Origin: Pseudomonadota bacterium
GTDB lineage: Bacteria > Desulfobacterota > Desulfobacteria > Desulfobacterales > JBDRRP01
Reading direction: 5' to 3'
Length of the DNA stretch: 25,354 nt
NCBI GenBank assembly: GCA_043825735.1
Contig: JBDRRP010000158.1
Span: 62,001-87,354, forward strand
Shown here piece after piece: positions 8,949 to 17,895 of the stretch; positions within the stretch are counted from its first letter, which is position 1; every line of letters begins with the position of its first letter. The position numbers were made by a program, and so were the translations under genes. The notes under the pieces are model-generated. The model saw nothing but the letters and a program-made list of their open reading frames with translations, did no database searches and was not told the DNA's origin.

Positions 8949-11900
8949 ATGGACACGCTGTCGACGACATTGGCACGGGCCGGAAAAGCACTGGGAGAAG
9001 GACGCCTGGCCGAAGCCGAGGATTTGTGCGCCCGCGTGCTGGCCGAGTCGCCGGAGTGCATCGATGCGCTAACCATCGGGTGCGCTCTGGCGGCCCGCTG
9101 CGGAGACCGGCCCAGGGCCCTTTCAATGATCCGTCGGGCCGTGGCCCTCGCCCCGGAGCGGGCCGATCTTCACAACACTCTAGGACAGGCGCTGGCCGCT
9201 ACGGGCGATGCGGACCGGGCCATGGCCGCATTTGAAAAAGCACTCCTTCTGAATCCCGATTTTGCCGAGGTGCACTACAACCTGGGACTGGCCTTGCGTG
9301 CCCGGGGAAGAGACCGGCAGGCGGCCGAGCGGTTCGAGGCCGCCGCGACACTGCGTCCGGACTGGGCCGAGGCCCATTTCAGACTGGCCGCCGTCCTTTC
9401 CTCTTTAGGAGACTGGGCGGCGGCGGAGGAGCGCTACCGGTGCGCCCTGCAGCGACGCCCCGATGACGTAGAGATCCGCTACAATCTCGGTGGCGCTCTC
9501 AAGGCCTTGGGGCGGCTTTCCGAGGCCGAGGCGGTTTATGCTGAAGTCGTGCTCCGGCGGCCGGATTTCGCCATGGCGCTGAACAACCTCGGGGTGGTGC
9601 GCACGGCGCTGGGTGATCTGGACGGCGCCATGGACTGCTACCGCCGGGCCCTGGTGGTGGAGCCCGACAACGCTGAAACCCACAACAACCTGGGCAGCCT
9701 GCTGGAGCGCTGCGACCGCATGGCAGATGCCGTGGATCATTGCCGGCGGGCTGTTGCCCTCAAGCCGAGTTTTGCCGAAGCCCACAACAACCTCGGGGTG
9801 GCCCTGAGCGGCGCCGGACGGCCTGCAGAAGGCGATGCCGCATTTCTGCGGGCCCTGTCGCTGCGGCCTGATTTCACGGCGGCGCGGTTCAATCATGCCG
9901 TGACCCGGCTGCTGCTGGGTGATTTCGAGCAGGGATGGGCCGCCTACGAGAGCCGGTTCGAGCGGCCCGAGTGGACCCACATTCACCCCCACCGGTACGA
10001 CCGGCCCCGATGGCGGGGGGAGTCTTTCAGGGGCCGGCGGCTCTACGTCCACGACGAACAGGGGTTTGGCGACACCATCCAGTTCATCCGGTACCTGCCC
10101 AGGGTGAAGGCCCTGGGCGGCACGGTGATACTGGAGACCCGCGCGCCCTTGATGCCGCTGCTGGCCGGGATCGACGGGGTGGACGAACTGGTGGCGCGTC
10201 CGACGGGCCCCGCTCCGGCTGTGGACTGCGATCTGGTGGTGCCCCTCATGAGTCTGGCCGGGATCTTCGGTACCGATGAAAAAAGCATCCCGGCGCCGAT
10301 CCCCTATATTGCGCCGGATCCTCAGCGGGTTTCCCGCTGGCGTTCGGTGCTGGGAGACGCCGGGCTGCGTGTGGGGCTGGTCTGGGCCGGCAGTGCCAAC
10401 CACGAGCAGGACCGTCGCCGGTCAATTCCCCTTGCCGCCCTGGCGCCCCTGGCCGGTATCGGCGGGGTGCGTCTGTTCGGATTGCAGAAAGGGGCCGGGG
10501 CCGAGGCGGCGACAGACTCGGGAATTCTCGAAGCGAACCTGGGAGATACCTTTGCCGATTTTGCCGATACCGCGGCGGCCATGGCCGCTCTGGATCTGGT
10601 GATCACCGTGGATACGGCCGCAGCCCATCTGGGCGGCGCGCTCGGAGTGCCCGTCTGGGTCCTGCTGCCCCGAAGGCCGGACTGGCGCTGGCAGTTGGAC
10701 CGTGAGGATTCGTCCTGGTACCCCGGCCTGCGGCTGTTCCGCCAGGGCGAGGACGGCGACTGGGAACCGGTGGTGGCGCATGTGGCCGACGCGCTGAACC
10801 GATTCGCGCAACAACAACCCGCATCATCGGCCCAGGCAACGTCTGCCGGTGATGCCGTTCAGATGGCCTACCGGCTTTTCCGTGACGGCAATGCCGATCA
10901 GGCGCGGGAGATACTGACGCCGCATCTGCAACGGCATCCCCAGGATGCCCGCGCCCTGAACCTCATGGCCGCTGCGCACTACCAGCAGGGGCGCATTGCC
11001 GATGCCCTCCGGCATGCCGAAGCCGCAGTGGCGAGCGCCCCCGGCGACGCCGATATCCGGGTCAACCGCGGGCGGATTCTGGCGGCACTGGGGCGCTCCG
11101 GGCCCGCTGTCGAAGACTTCGAGATCGCGCTGTCAAACCGCCCGGGTCACCGGGCGGCGGCACTGGCGCTGGCCGATGTCCTTGCCGATTCGGACCACCC
11201 CGAAGCCGGCATCGCGCCGCTGGCATCGCTGCTGGCGCTGACGCCTTCAGACGCTGCCGCGCGGCTTGGCCTCAGCCGCCTGTTCAGGACTTGCGGCCGC
11301 ACCGGCGACGCCGTGAAAACCTGCCGGGAGGGCACTGCGCTGGCACCGGAGGATGCGTCGCTGCAGGTGGCGCTGGGCGTGGCCCTGGCCGCCGACGGGC
11401 GGGCGGGTGAAGCCGAACAGGTGTTTGAAGACGCTCTGGCGAAAGACGGCGGCAATGCCGACGCCCTGCACAACCTGGGCGTGTTGCGGATGGCGGGCGG
11501 CCGGTTGGCAGATGCCGCCGCCGCATTCGAAAAGACCATCACCCTTAATCCAGATCATGCGGACGCCCGCTTCAACCTGGCCCAACTCCATCTGCTGGAG
11601 GGCCGCTTCGCCGCCGGCTGGGCCGGTTATCAATGGCGCATGAAAAAGCCGGCATGGCGCCGGCGCTACCCCATGGGCGCCCACCAGGAGCTGTGGGTCG
11701 GTCGTCCCTTTCACGGACGGCGCCTGTGCCTGCGTCACGAGCAGGGCCTGGGCGATACCCTGCAGTTCGTCCGGTACCTGCCTATGGTGAAAGCCCTGGG
11801 CGGCGCCGTGGTGCTGGAGGCCGCGCCGGTGCTGCACGGCGTGCTCCGGGACGCGGCCGGCATCGACCGGCTCGAGGCCCCTGCCGGCGACCGGCTGCCA

Positions 11901-12515
11901 CCGGCCGATTGCGACCTGGTGGCACCACTCATGAGTCTGCCGCTGATCTTCGATACCCGGGAGACCACCATCCCGGCCGAGGTCCCTTATCTGTGGGCGC
12001 CTGAACCGCTCCAAAAGAGTTGGCACGGCCGCATCCCGGCCCGCGGTCGGTTGCGCGCGGGGCTGGTCTGGGCCGGCAACGCGGCCCACGCCAACGACGC
12101 CAATCGGTCTCTGCCGCTGGAAGTCCTGGCCCCGATACTGGCGGCCGCCGCGGTGCACTGGGTGGGGCTCCAGCACGGACCGCATGCAAGTGACCTATGC
12201 CGGATCCCCGAAAACCTGCGGTTCGACAACTTCGGAGCGGCGTTCGTTGATTTTGCCGACACCGCCGGGTGCGTCGCCAACCTGGATCTGGTGGTCACCG
12301 TGGACACGGCCGTGGCGCACCTGGCCGGCGCCATGGGTAAACCGGTGTGGGTCTTGCTGCCATTCGTACCCGACTGGCGCTGGATGCGGAGTCGGGAAGA
12401 TTCCCCTTGGTATCCGACCATGCGCCTGTTCCGGCAGGCGCGTGCGGGGGACTGGCCGGGCGTTGTGGAAAAACTGGCCGGGGCGTTGAACACGGCCGTT
12501 AAGGAGATCCCATGA
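8949..12515 (+). CDS. Tandem-duplicated TPR + GT9-like glycosyltransferase (two complete modules)
   Basis: Two copies of a TPR array followed by GW..Y..R, EQG(F/L)GDT(I/L)QF.RYLP, PLMSL, GLVWAG, DFADTA, VDTA.AHL.GA.G.PVWVLLP and DWRW...WYP..RLFRQ. Confidence 0.88.
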   Translation: MDTLSTTLARAGKALGEGRLAEAEDLCARVLAESPECIDALTIGCALAARCGDRPRALSMIRRAVALAPERADLHNTLGQALAATGDADRAMAAFEKALLLNPDFAEVHYNLGLALRARGRDRQAAERFEAAATLRPDWAEAHFRLAAVLSSLGDWAAAEERYRCALQRRPDDVEIRYNLGGALKALGRLSEAEAVYAEVVLRRPDFAMALNNLGVVRTALGDLDGAMDCYRRALVVEPDNAETHNNLGSLLERCDRMADAVDHCRRAVALKPSFAEAHNNLGVALSGAGRPAEGDAAFLRALSLRPDFTAARFNHAVTRLLLGDFEQGWAAYESRFERPEWTHIHPHRYDRPRWRGESFRGRRLYVHDEQGFGDTIQFIRYLPRVKALGGTVILETRAPLMPLLAGIDGVDELVARPTGPAPAVDCDLVVPLMSLAGIFGTDEKSIPAPIPYIAPDPQRVSRWRSVLGDAGLRVGLVWAGSANHEQDRRRSIPLAALAPLAGIGGVRLFGLQKGAGAEAATDSGILEANLGDTFADFADTAAAMAALDLVITVDTAAAHLGGALGVPVWVLLPRRPDWRWQLDREDSSWYPGLRLFRQGEDGDWEPVVAHVADALNRFAQQQPASSAQATSAGDAVQMAYRLFRDGNADQAREILTPHLQRHPQDARALNLMAAAHYQQGRIADALRHAEAAVASAPGDADIRVNRGRILAALGRSGPAVEDFEIALSNRPGHRAAALALADVLADSDHPEAGIAPLASLLALTPSDAAARLGLSRLFRTCGRTGDAVKTCREGTALAPEDASLQVALGVALAADGRAGEAEQVFEDALAKDGGNADALHNLGVLRMAGGRLADAAAAFEKTITLNPDHADARFNLAQLHLLEGRFAAGWAGYQWRMKKPAWRRRYPMGAHQELWVGRPFHGRRLCLRHEQGLGDTLQFVRYLPMVKALGGAVVLEAAPVLHGVLRDAAGIDRLEAPAGDRLPPADCDLVAPLMSLPLIFDTRETTIPAEVPYLWAPEPLQKSWHGRIPARGRLRAGLVWAGNAAHANDANRSLPLEVLAPILAAAAVHWVGLQHGPHASDLCRIPENLRFDNFGAAFVDFADTAGCVANLDLVVTVDTAVAHLAGAMGKPVWVLLPFVPDWRWMRSREDSPWYPTMRLFRQARAGDWPGVVEKLAGALNTAVKEIP
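12300..12352 (+). repeat. Direct repeat copy 2 (copy 1 at 245-297)
   Basis: It shares a 32-bp exact core (12306-12337) with 251-282. Confidence 0.8.
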
Positions 12516-13183
12516 GCCGGCGCGGCATTTTGTATATCACCTGGGGAGACAAGCCCGATGCGGTCCTGCAGCGGGCCATGGACTCGGCGGCCCGACACCA
12601 CGGGGAACTGCCGGTGCATGTGGTGCGCTTGCCCGCGGAAGCGACCCTGTTGGAGAAGGCCGCGATGTTCGACATGACGCCTTTTGAGGAAACCCTTTTT
12701 CTGGATGCCGATACCGTGGTGCTGGGGCGACTCGATTTCGGCTTCGACAAGGCGGTGCGCCACGGTATGGCCTGCGCCATTTGTGAGTGCCCCTGGGCCC
12801 GGCGCTACACCGGCCTGTCAGGGGACCTGGTGGAGTACAATACCGGCGTGATCTTTTTTACCGCCGCCGCCCGGCCGGTGTTCGATGCCTGGCGCGCGCT
12901 GGCGGCGGCCGTGGATTCGTCAACCCCCATCTTCGTGAAAGACCGGCTGGCGCACATGCCGCTCAACGACCAGGCCGGTTTTGCCCTGGCCGTGGAGCGC
13001 ACCGGTTTTTTGCCTTTTGTCCTGCCCCTCAACTGGAATTTCCGGCCCCGGTGGCACAAGTCCCTTTTCGGGCCTGTCAAGATCTGGCACGACTACCGGG
13101 AGGTCACCGACGACATCCACGAGTGGAACCGGATCCAGGCAGATGAACGGCAGGTGATTCAATACACCGAACTGCTGAGCTGA
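12512..13183 (+). CDS. Putative nucleotide-diphospho-sugar transferase (GT-A fold, GT8-like)
   Basis: ATGA overlap with the upstream gene. Motifs PFEETLFLDADT (DxD), EYNTGVIFF, NDQ.GF, LPLNWN and KIWH. Confidence 0.72.
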   Translation: MSRRGILYITWGDKPDAVLQRAMDSAARHHGELPVHVVRLPAEATLLEKAAMFDMTPFEETLFLDADTVVLGRLDFGFDKAVRHGMACAICECPWARRYTGLSGDLVEYNTGVIFFTAAARPVFDAWRALAAAVDSSTPIFVKDRLAHMPLNDQAGFALAVERTGFLPFVLPLNWNFRPRWHKSLFGPVKIWHDYREVTDDIHEWNRIQADERQVIQYTELLS

Positions 13184-13224
13184 TGTCACTATCCGGTGAC
13201 CGGCGCCCCAGGGAGGGATCGACC

Positions 13225-14316
13225 ATGCTGCATTTTTTCTGGACGCCCTATGTATTCAAAAAAGGCTGCTACGAGCGCTACGAATCGGCCAACAACGAGA
13301 TCGTCAAGTATGCCCGCAGGCATTTGGGACAAAAGACGTCGGTCCATGTCGCCGGTTTCAACAGCGGCCGGGTGACCGAGCGGGAAAAAGACATCCTGCT
13401 GGGGCACCCCACCTGGGACGCTTCCTGGAGACCCGGCGACGACACCTGGCAGGTGCAGGACGACTGGGTGCGCGACAACGCCCTGTCACCGGCGGCCCCC
13501 TGCCATCCCAACACCTATATCATGATGCCATGGGTGCCGATCATGTCCCCTGAATTTCACACGCCGTTCATTGAATCCCAACTCAGCGCGGCACGGCGTA
13601 TCTTTGCCATCTGCGGCGACATCTGGATCCAGCGGACCCGGGCACTGGAAGGTGACAGCATCCACGGCGCGGTCAAAGACAAACTGGTTCAGGTGAACCT
13701 CGGTTGCGACGGCCGGCATTTTCCCTTCAAGACGGTTTTCGGCACCGAAAATCGGCGCAATTTTCTGCACATCAGCAACCTGGCCAAATACAAGAATTTG
13801 CCCCTGCTTTGTCAAAGCCTGGACGGCATCGGCGCGACCTTGATGGTCGCCTCCCAGAGCCTGAAGGAAACCGGATGGACCCAGGCCGCCTGCATCGATG
13901 AGTACGGCAAAAAGAGAATGTATCCGTTTTATTCACTGGGGCGAATCTCCAATTCCGACCCGAAGCTCAACGCATTTCTCATCGAAAATTTCGATTTTTA
14001 TATCCACACCAGTACTTTCGATGCCCAGGCAACGGTCATCCTGGAAAACTGCCTCCGGGGCCTGGTGCCGCTGATCACGCCGGAATCGGGTTTTTCCTGC
14101 CCCTATGCCGTTTACCTCACCCAGGACCCGATCAAAAACCGGGAGATCATCCGAAAGGCCATTGGCATGCCCGAAGAAGAATATGCCGAACGCAGTCGGG
14201 GGGTGAGGGCCCACGTGCTCGAACATCACGACTGGGGCGGCATCTATGATCGCATCTGGTCAGTGATCCAGGCGGATCAGGAAAGCGGGGCCGCTCCTGG
14301 CGCAGTGCTTGCATGA
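13225..14316 (+). CDS. Putative GT4-like (GT-B) glycosyltransferase
   Basis: ATG at 13225 follows GGAGG (an alternative ATG at 13183 overlaps the previous stop). Motifs FLHISNLAKYKN, FDFYIHTSTFDAQATVILE (D in place of the first E of ExxxxxxxE), GLVPLIT and HDWGGIYDRIW. Confidence 0.68.
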   Translation: MLHFFWTPYVFKKGCYERYESANNEIVKYARRHLGQKTSVHVAGFNSGRVTEREKDILLGHPTWDASWRPGDDTWQVQDDWVRDNALSPAAPCHPNTYIMMPWVPIMSPEFHTPFIESQLSAARRIFAICGDIWIQRTRALEGDSIHGAVKDKLVQVNLGCDGRHFPFKTVFGTENRRNFLHISNLAKYKNLPLLCQSLDGIGATLMVASQSLKETGWTQAACIDEYGKKRMYPFYSLGRISNSDPKLNAFLIENFDFYIHTSTFDAQATVILENCLRGLVPLITPESGFSCPYAVYLTQDPIKNREIIRKAIGMPEEEYAERSRGVRAHVLEHHDWGGIYDRIWSVIQADQESGAAPGAVLA

Positions 14317-14365
14317 TCATTGCCGCAGACATTCGGACCCGCTGATTATCGCCAGGAGTCGACCC

Positions 14366-15298
14366 ATGACGGCGCCCCATATCGTATTTGTCCATATCGG
14401 CTCCCGTCTGCCGGATCACCTGTTGACCGCCGTCGCCCAGGCGCGGCGCTTCAATGCTGGCGGGATCTGGCTGGTGGCGCCGGCCCTTGCGCTGCAGGAG
14501 GCAGTGGCAATCACCGGCCACGGCTTAAACACCGTGGCCTGCGAAGAACTGGGGCTCTCCGACGTGCACCGCCGGTTTCTCGCGGTGGCCACCCTGGACC
14601 GCAGCTTCCGGGACGGTTTCTGGCTGCATACCACCGAGCGGTTTTTCTACCTGGAAACCCTCATGGCGTGGGCCGGGCTGACCCATGTGTGCCATCTGGA
14701 AAACGACGTGATGCTCTACGCGGATCTGGCGGTGCTGGCGCCGGTCTTTGACCGGTGCTACCCGGCCATGGCCGCCACCTTCGATGCGCCGGGCCGGTGC
14801 GTGCCCGGATTCGTCTACGCCCGGGACCGGGCGTCGCTGGGCCGGCTCACCGCTTTCATCGTCGACGTTTTTGCCGCTACGGACCGTACGCCCAACGACA
14901 TGGCCCTGCTGGCCGGGTTCCGGGCCACTTTCGGCGCCGGCGCCATGGACACCCTGCCCATCGTGCCGGAGGGTTGCCCCCATCTGATTGCGGAGCGTCT
15001 CGGAAGCGGCCCGGGCGGGGCCGCTGCCTTCTGGAACCATTTCGCGGCATTCGGCGGCGTTTTCGATGCCGCGGCCATCGGTCAGTACCTGGGGGGCGTG
15101 GACCCGAGAAACAGCGGCGGGAAAGACACGTCGGGGTTCGTCAACGAGACCAGCGTCTTCGACCCTTCCCGGTGCCGGTACGGGTGGGAAACCGATGACC
15201 GGAGTCGGCGGTACCCGGTGGCCGAGGACGCCGTGCGGCGATGGCGGGTGAACACCCTGCACATCCACAGCAAGGCCTTGGAGCGGTTCACTTCGTGA
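14366..15298 (+). CDS. Hypothetical protein, possible GT-A-type glycosyltransferase
   Basis: ATG at 14366 follows AGGAG. Codon usage matches the host. Motifs IVFVHIG, FW..TTERFFYL, HLENDVMLY (ExD), DM.LL, FDAAAIGQYLGG.DPRN and LHIHSK. Confidence 0.6.
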   Translation: MTAPHIVFVHIGSRLPDHLLTAVAQARRFNAGGIWLVAPALALQEAVAITGHGLNTVACEELGLSDVHRRFLAVATLDRSFRDGFWLHTTERFFYLETLMAWAGLTHVCHLENDVMLYADLAVLAPVFDRCYPAMAATFDAPGRCVPGFVYARDRASLGRLTAFIVDVFAATDRTPNDMALLAGFRATFGAGAMDTLPIVPEGCPHLIAERLGSGPGGAAAFWNHFAAFGGVFDAAAIGQYLGGVDPRNSGGKDTSGFVNETSVFDPSRCRYGWETDDRSRRYPVAEDAVRRWRVNTLHIHSKALERFTS

Positions 15299-15368
15299 CG
15301 GCGGCCGGTCGATCAGTTCGAGGTGGTTGTGGCCGAGTTTTTCCCCGATGCTCGCGGAAAGGTTTCTC

Positions 15369-16331
15369 ATGAACACCCCGATCGACGCTGCGGAGATGAT
15401 CTCCGGGGAACGGATTCAGCAGCTGACGGATGTATCGGTCCTGACCGATCCCATCCTCCGGTTTCACAAGAATCTACCCCGGCTGCCGATCCGGTGGTGC
15501 CGGTTTAGCGGCGATATGCGATCGTTCGCAGTGGATGATGCCGGGCAGATCGCCGCCGTGGCTTCGGCCGAGATAATTTTCGTCTACACCCACCTGGTGG
15601 CATCGTTCGCAGCGCAGATTCTTCCCCGGCTCGATAGGCCGTTTATTCTCGTGACCCACAACAGCGACGATGCGGTTGACGCGCGGTTCACCGATTTGCT
15701 CGGCGATGACCGGCTGTTCACATGGTTTGCCCAGAACGTGGCTGTGGATCACCCGAAACTGGTCAGTCTACCGCTGGGTGTCGCCAATTCCCAGTGGCCT
15801 CACGGCAGGCCGGATCTGATCAACAAGGTGGCCGTACGGGGGGCTCCCAAAACCGGGTTCGTCTACATGAACTTCGATGCGCGCACCAACCCGAAGCGGC
15901 GACGGCCGGTTTTCGAGCGGCTCAGCGATCATCCCCTGGTCACCGTGTCCGGGGGTTTGGGCTACGAAGACTACCTTGGCGAGCTGGCCGCCCACCATTT
16001 TTGTGTCTGCCCCCCCGGTAACGGGTTGGACTGTCACCGGATCTGGGAATGCCTTTATCTGGGCGTCGTGCCGCTGGTGTCGGCCGATGCGCGGCTGCGG
16101 GGCTTTGACGAGCTGCCCATCGTCACCGTCGACGACTGGGACCGCCTCGACGCCGGGTTTTTGCAGGACGCCTACCAGGAGCTCGCCCGACGGCGGACCG
16201 GTCAGGCAAAGATGCGCCTGTCATACTGGCAATCGGCCATCGACGTTGCGCGGCATCGGCTCCGCCAGGCCAGCGGGCGCAGCCGGTTGCCGGCCGCCCT
16301 GGCGCCGGCAGGCGGGGGGCGGGGACGATGA
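15369..16331 (+). CDS. Exostosin/GT47-like glycosyltransferase domain protein
   Basis: ATG at 15369 follows GAAAGG. Motifs FILVTHNSD, WFAQN, LPLGVAN, YMNF and FCVCPPGNGLDCHRIWECLYLGVVP, the last typical of the exostosin-like C-terminal segment. Confidence 0.75.
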   Translation: MNTPIDAAEMISGERIQQLTDVSVLTDPILRFHKNLPRLPIRWCRFSGDMRSFAVDDAGQIAAVASAEIIFVYTHLVASFAAQILPRLDRPFILVTHNSDDAVDARFTDLLGDDRLFTWFAQNVAVDHPKLVSLPLGVANSQWPHGRPDLINKVAVRGAPKTGFVYMNFDARTNPKRRRPVFERLSDHPLVTVSGGLGYEDYLGELAAHHFCVCPPGNGLDCHRIWECLYLGVVPLVSADARLRGFDELPIVTVDDWDRLDAGFLQDAYQELARRRTGQAKMRLSYWQSAIDVARHRLRQASGRSRLPAALAPAGGGRGR

Positions 16332-17482
16332 AAGAACTTGTGGTGGAAGGCTGGCGCGGCATCGCCCACTCATATGCCGTGGTCAACCAGTTCCAGCTCC
16401 TGGCCCTTGGCCGGCAGCCGGAGCTGCGGCTGTATCATCGGGACCTGCCCTTTTACGGGGGGCACTGGCGAAGCATTTCCGGTCTGTGGTCCGCGCCGGA
16501 TGAGGCCGTATTGGCACAGCTTCCCGAGCCGCCGGATCGCTGCGTGCCCGCGCTCTACCGGATCGGGTTCCCCTACGATCTTACCCCCGCCCGGGCCGAC
16601 CGGACAGTGGTTTACGGCACCTCCGAGATGCTGTCGGTGACCGATATCATGCTGGCCAGACCCGGCACTCTGGCCAGCCAGATGGCCGAAACCGACACCG
16701 TCATCACCACCCCCTCGCGGTGGTCGCAGCAGGGCTTTGTCCGCAGCGGCGCACCGGCCGAACGCGTTGCGGTGGTGCCCCACGGGGTCGACCCGGAGAT
16801 ATACCGCCCACTGGACGACACGCCGCGCGCCGCATTGCGGCAGCGGCTGGGGTGGGCACCGTATTTCATCTTTCTGAGCGTGGGCACCATGAAAGGCAAC
16901 AAGGGGCTGCGGCTGATGCTCAGGGCCCTGGCCGCATTGGCGGGCCGGTATCCGGACGTACGGCTCGTACTCAAGGGCAGCGACGCGTTGTACGGCTCTC
17001 AGCGCCTGGTGACCGAGATGGCCGACACGCTGACCGAACGCGAAAAGCAGATCGTACTGGACCGGATCTTTTATCTGGGCGGTTCCCTGTCGTTTCAGGC
17101 CATGGCCCAGCTCTACCAGGCGGCCGACGCTTACGTGACGCCCTACCTGGCAGAAGGGTTCAACCTGCCGGCGCTGGAGGCTGCCGCCTGCGGCCTGCCG
17201 GTCGTCTGCTCCCGGGGCGGGCCTACCGACGATTTCGCCCACCCGCACTATTTTTTGGGCATCGACAGCCGCCTTCAGCAAAAACGGGTGTCCGCAGTGG
17301 AGACCAACGTGTTTCTGGTACCCGATCTGGATCATCTCATCTCGCGCATGATGCAGATTGTCGACGACGCCGACCTGAGGGACCGGGTGCGCCACCATCT
17401 GCCGGCCTGGATCCATGATCGGTTTTCCTGGGGCGCGGTGGCCCGGCGTCTCGAAGCGGTCCTGTTTACCGGGCTTCTCTGA
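16328..17482 (+). CDS. Glycosyltransferase family 4
   Basis: ATGA overlap with the upstream gene. Motifs HSYAVVN, TPSRWS, VVPHGVD, FLSVG...NKG, LYQAADAYVTPYLAEGFNLPALEAAACGLPVV and FSW. Confidence 0.88.
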   Translation: MKELVVEGWRGIAHSYAVVNQFQLLALGRQPELRLYHRDLPFYGGHWRSISGLWSAPDEAVLAQLPEPPDRCVPALYRIGFPYDLTPARADRTVVYGTSEMLSVTDIMLARPGTLASQMAETDTVITTPSRWSQQGFVRSGAPAERVAVVPHGVDPEIYRPLDDTPRAALRQRLGWAPYFIFLSVGTMKGNKGLRLMLRALAALAGRYPDVRLVLKGSDALYGSQRLVTEMADTLTEREKQIVLDRIFYLGGSLSFQAMAQLYQAADAYVTPYLAEGFNLPALEAAACGLPVVCSRGGPTDDFAHPHYFLGIDSRLQQKRVSAVETNVFLVPDLDHLISRMMQIVDDADLRDRVRHHLPAWIHDRFSWGAVARRLEAVLFTGLL

Positions 17483-17568
17483 ACCCGAAGGCCGTGAAGT
17501 GACCGGCGGTGGTGACTTTGGAGATCGCCGCGATCACCGGTTGCCGGAACGACTGCACCAGGCACTCG

Positions 17569-17585
17569 CAGGCACAACAATTGCT
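17569..17585 (+). promoter_or_regulatory. Putative sigma54 (RpoN) -24/-12 promoter
   Basis: CAGGCACAACAATTGCT has GG at 17571-17572, 10 nt, then GC at 17583-17584, matching GGCAC-N5-TTGCT. It lies in the largest intergenic gap of the island. Confidence 0.6.
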
Positions 17586-17895
17586 ATTTTCCAGGGTATT
17601 GGCCCAAATGCCCGCGGCAACCGCAACAAACGCGTTGCCGGTAGATGCCGTTATCGTTTTCAACATGCTGAAAATTTAGAAAAAAACGCTATGGTTCTCC
17701 AAATTTCTGCCACTTCAGGCCCTGGTTCCATGGACCGGGGCAGCGTCAATGAAATGACCCGAATGGGGGGATCTGTTTGCAATCGGCAACGACTCGGATA
17801 CGACCCTGCGCACGGCAGGACAACCGGAGGCCCTGTGAGCGCGCTCGCGCTGCGACCTCATCGTGGCCCAGGATGCGGTTTCAATGGAGTGTATC

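Noticed and set aside
1740..16016. C7 tracts at 1740-1746 and 16010-16016, and A8 at 3721-3728, as phase-variation sites
   Set aside because: They are short and explained by Pro-Pro or Lys-Lys codons and local base composition.
17600..17720. Possible c-di-GMP or other riboswitch in the long leader
   Set aside because: I could not find the conserved GEMM features (GNRA tetraloop/receptor arrangement) by eye; it is kept only as an unexplained leader.
17765..17781. GG-N10-GC match GGGGGGATCTGTTTGCA
   Set aside because: It lacks the TGGC/GGCAC context and probably arises by chance from the G run.
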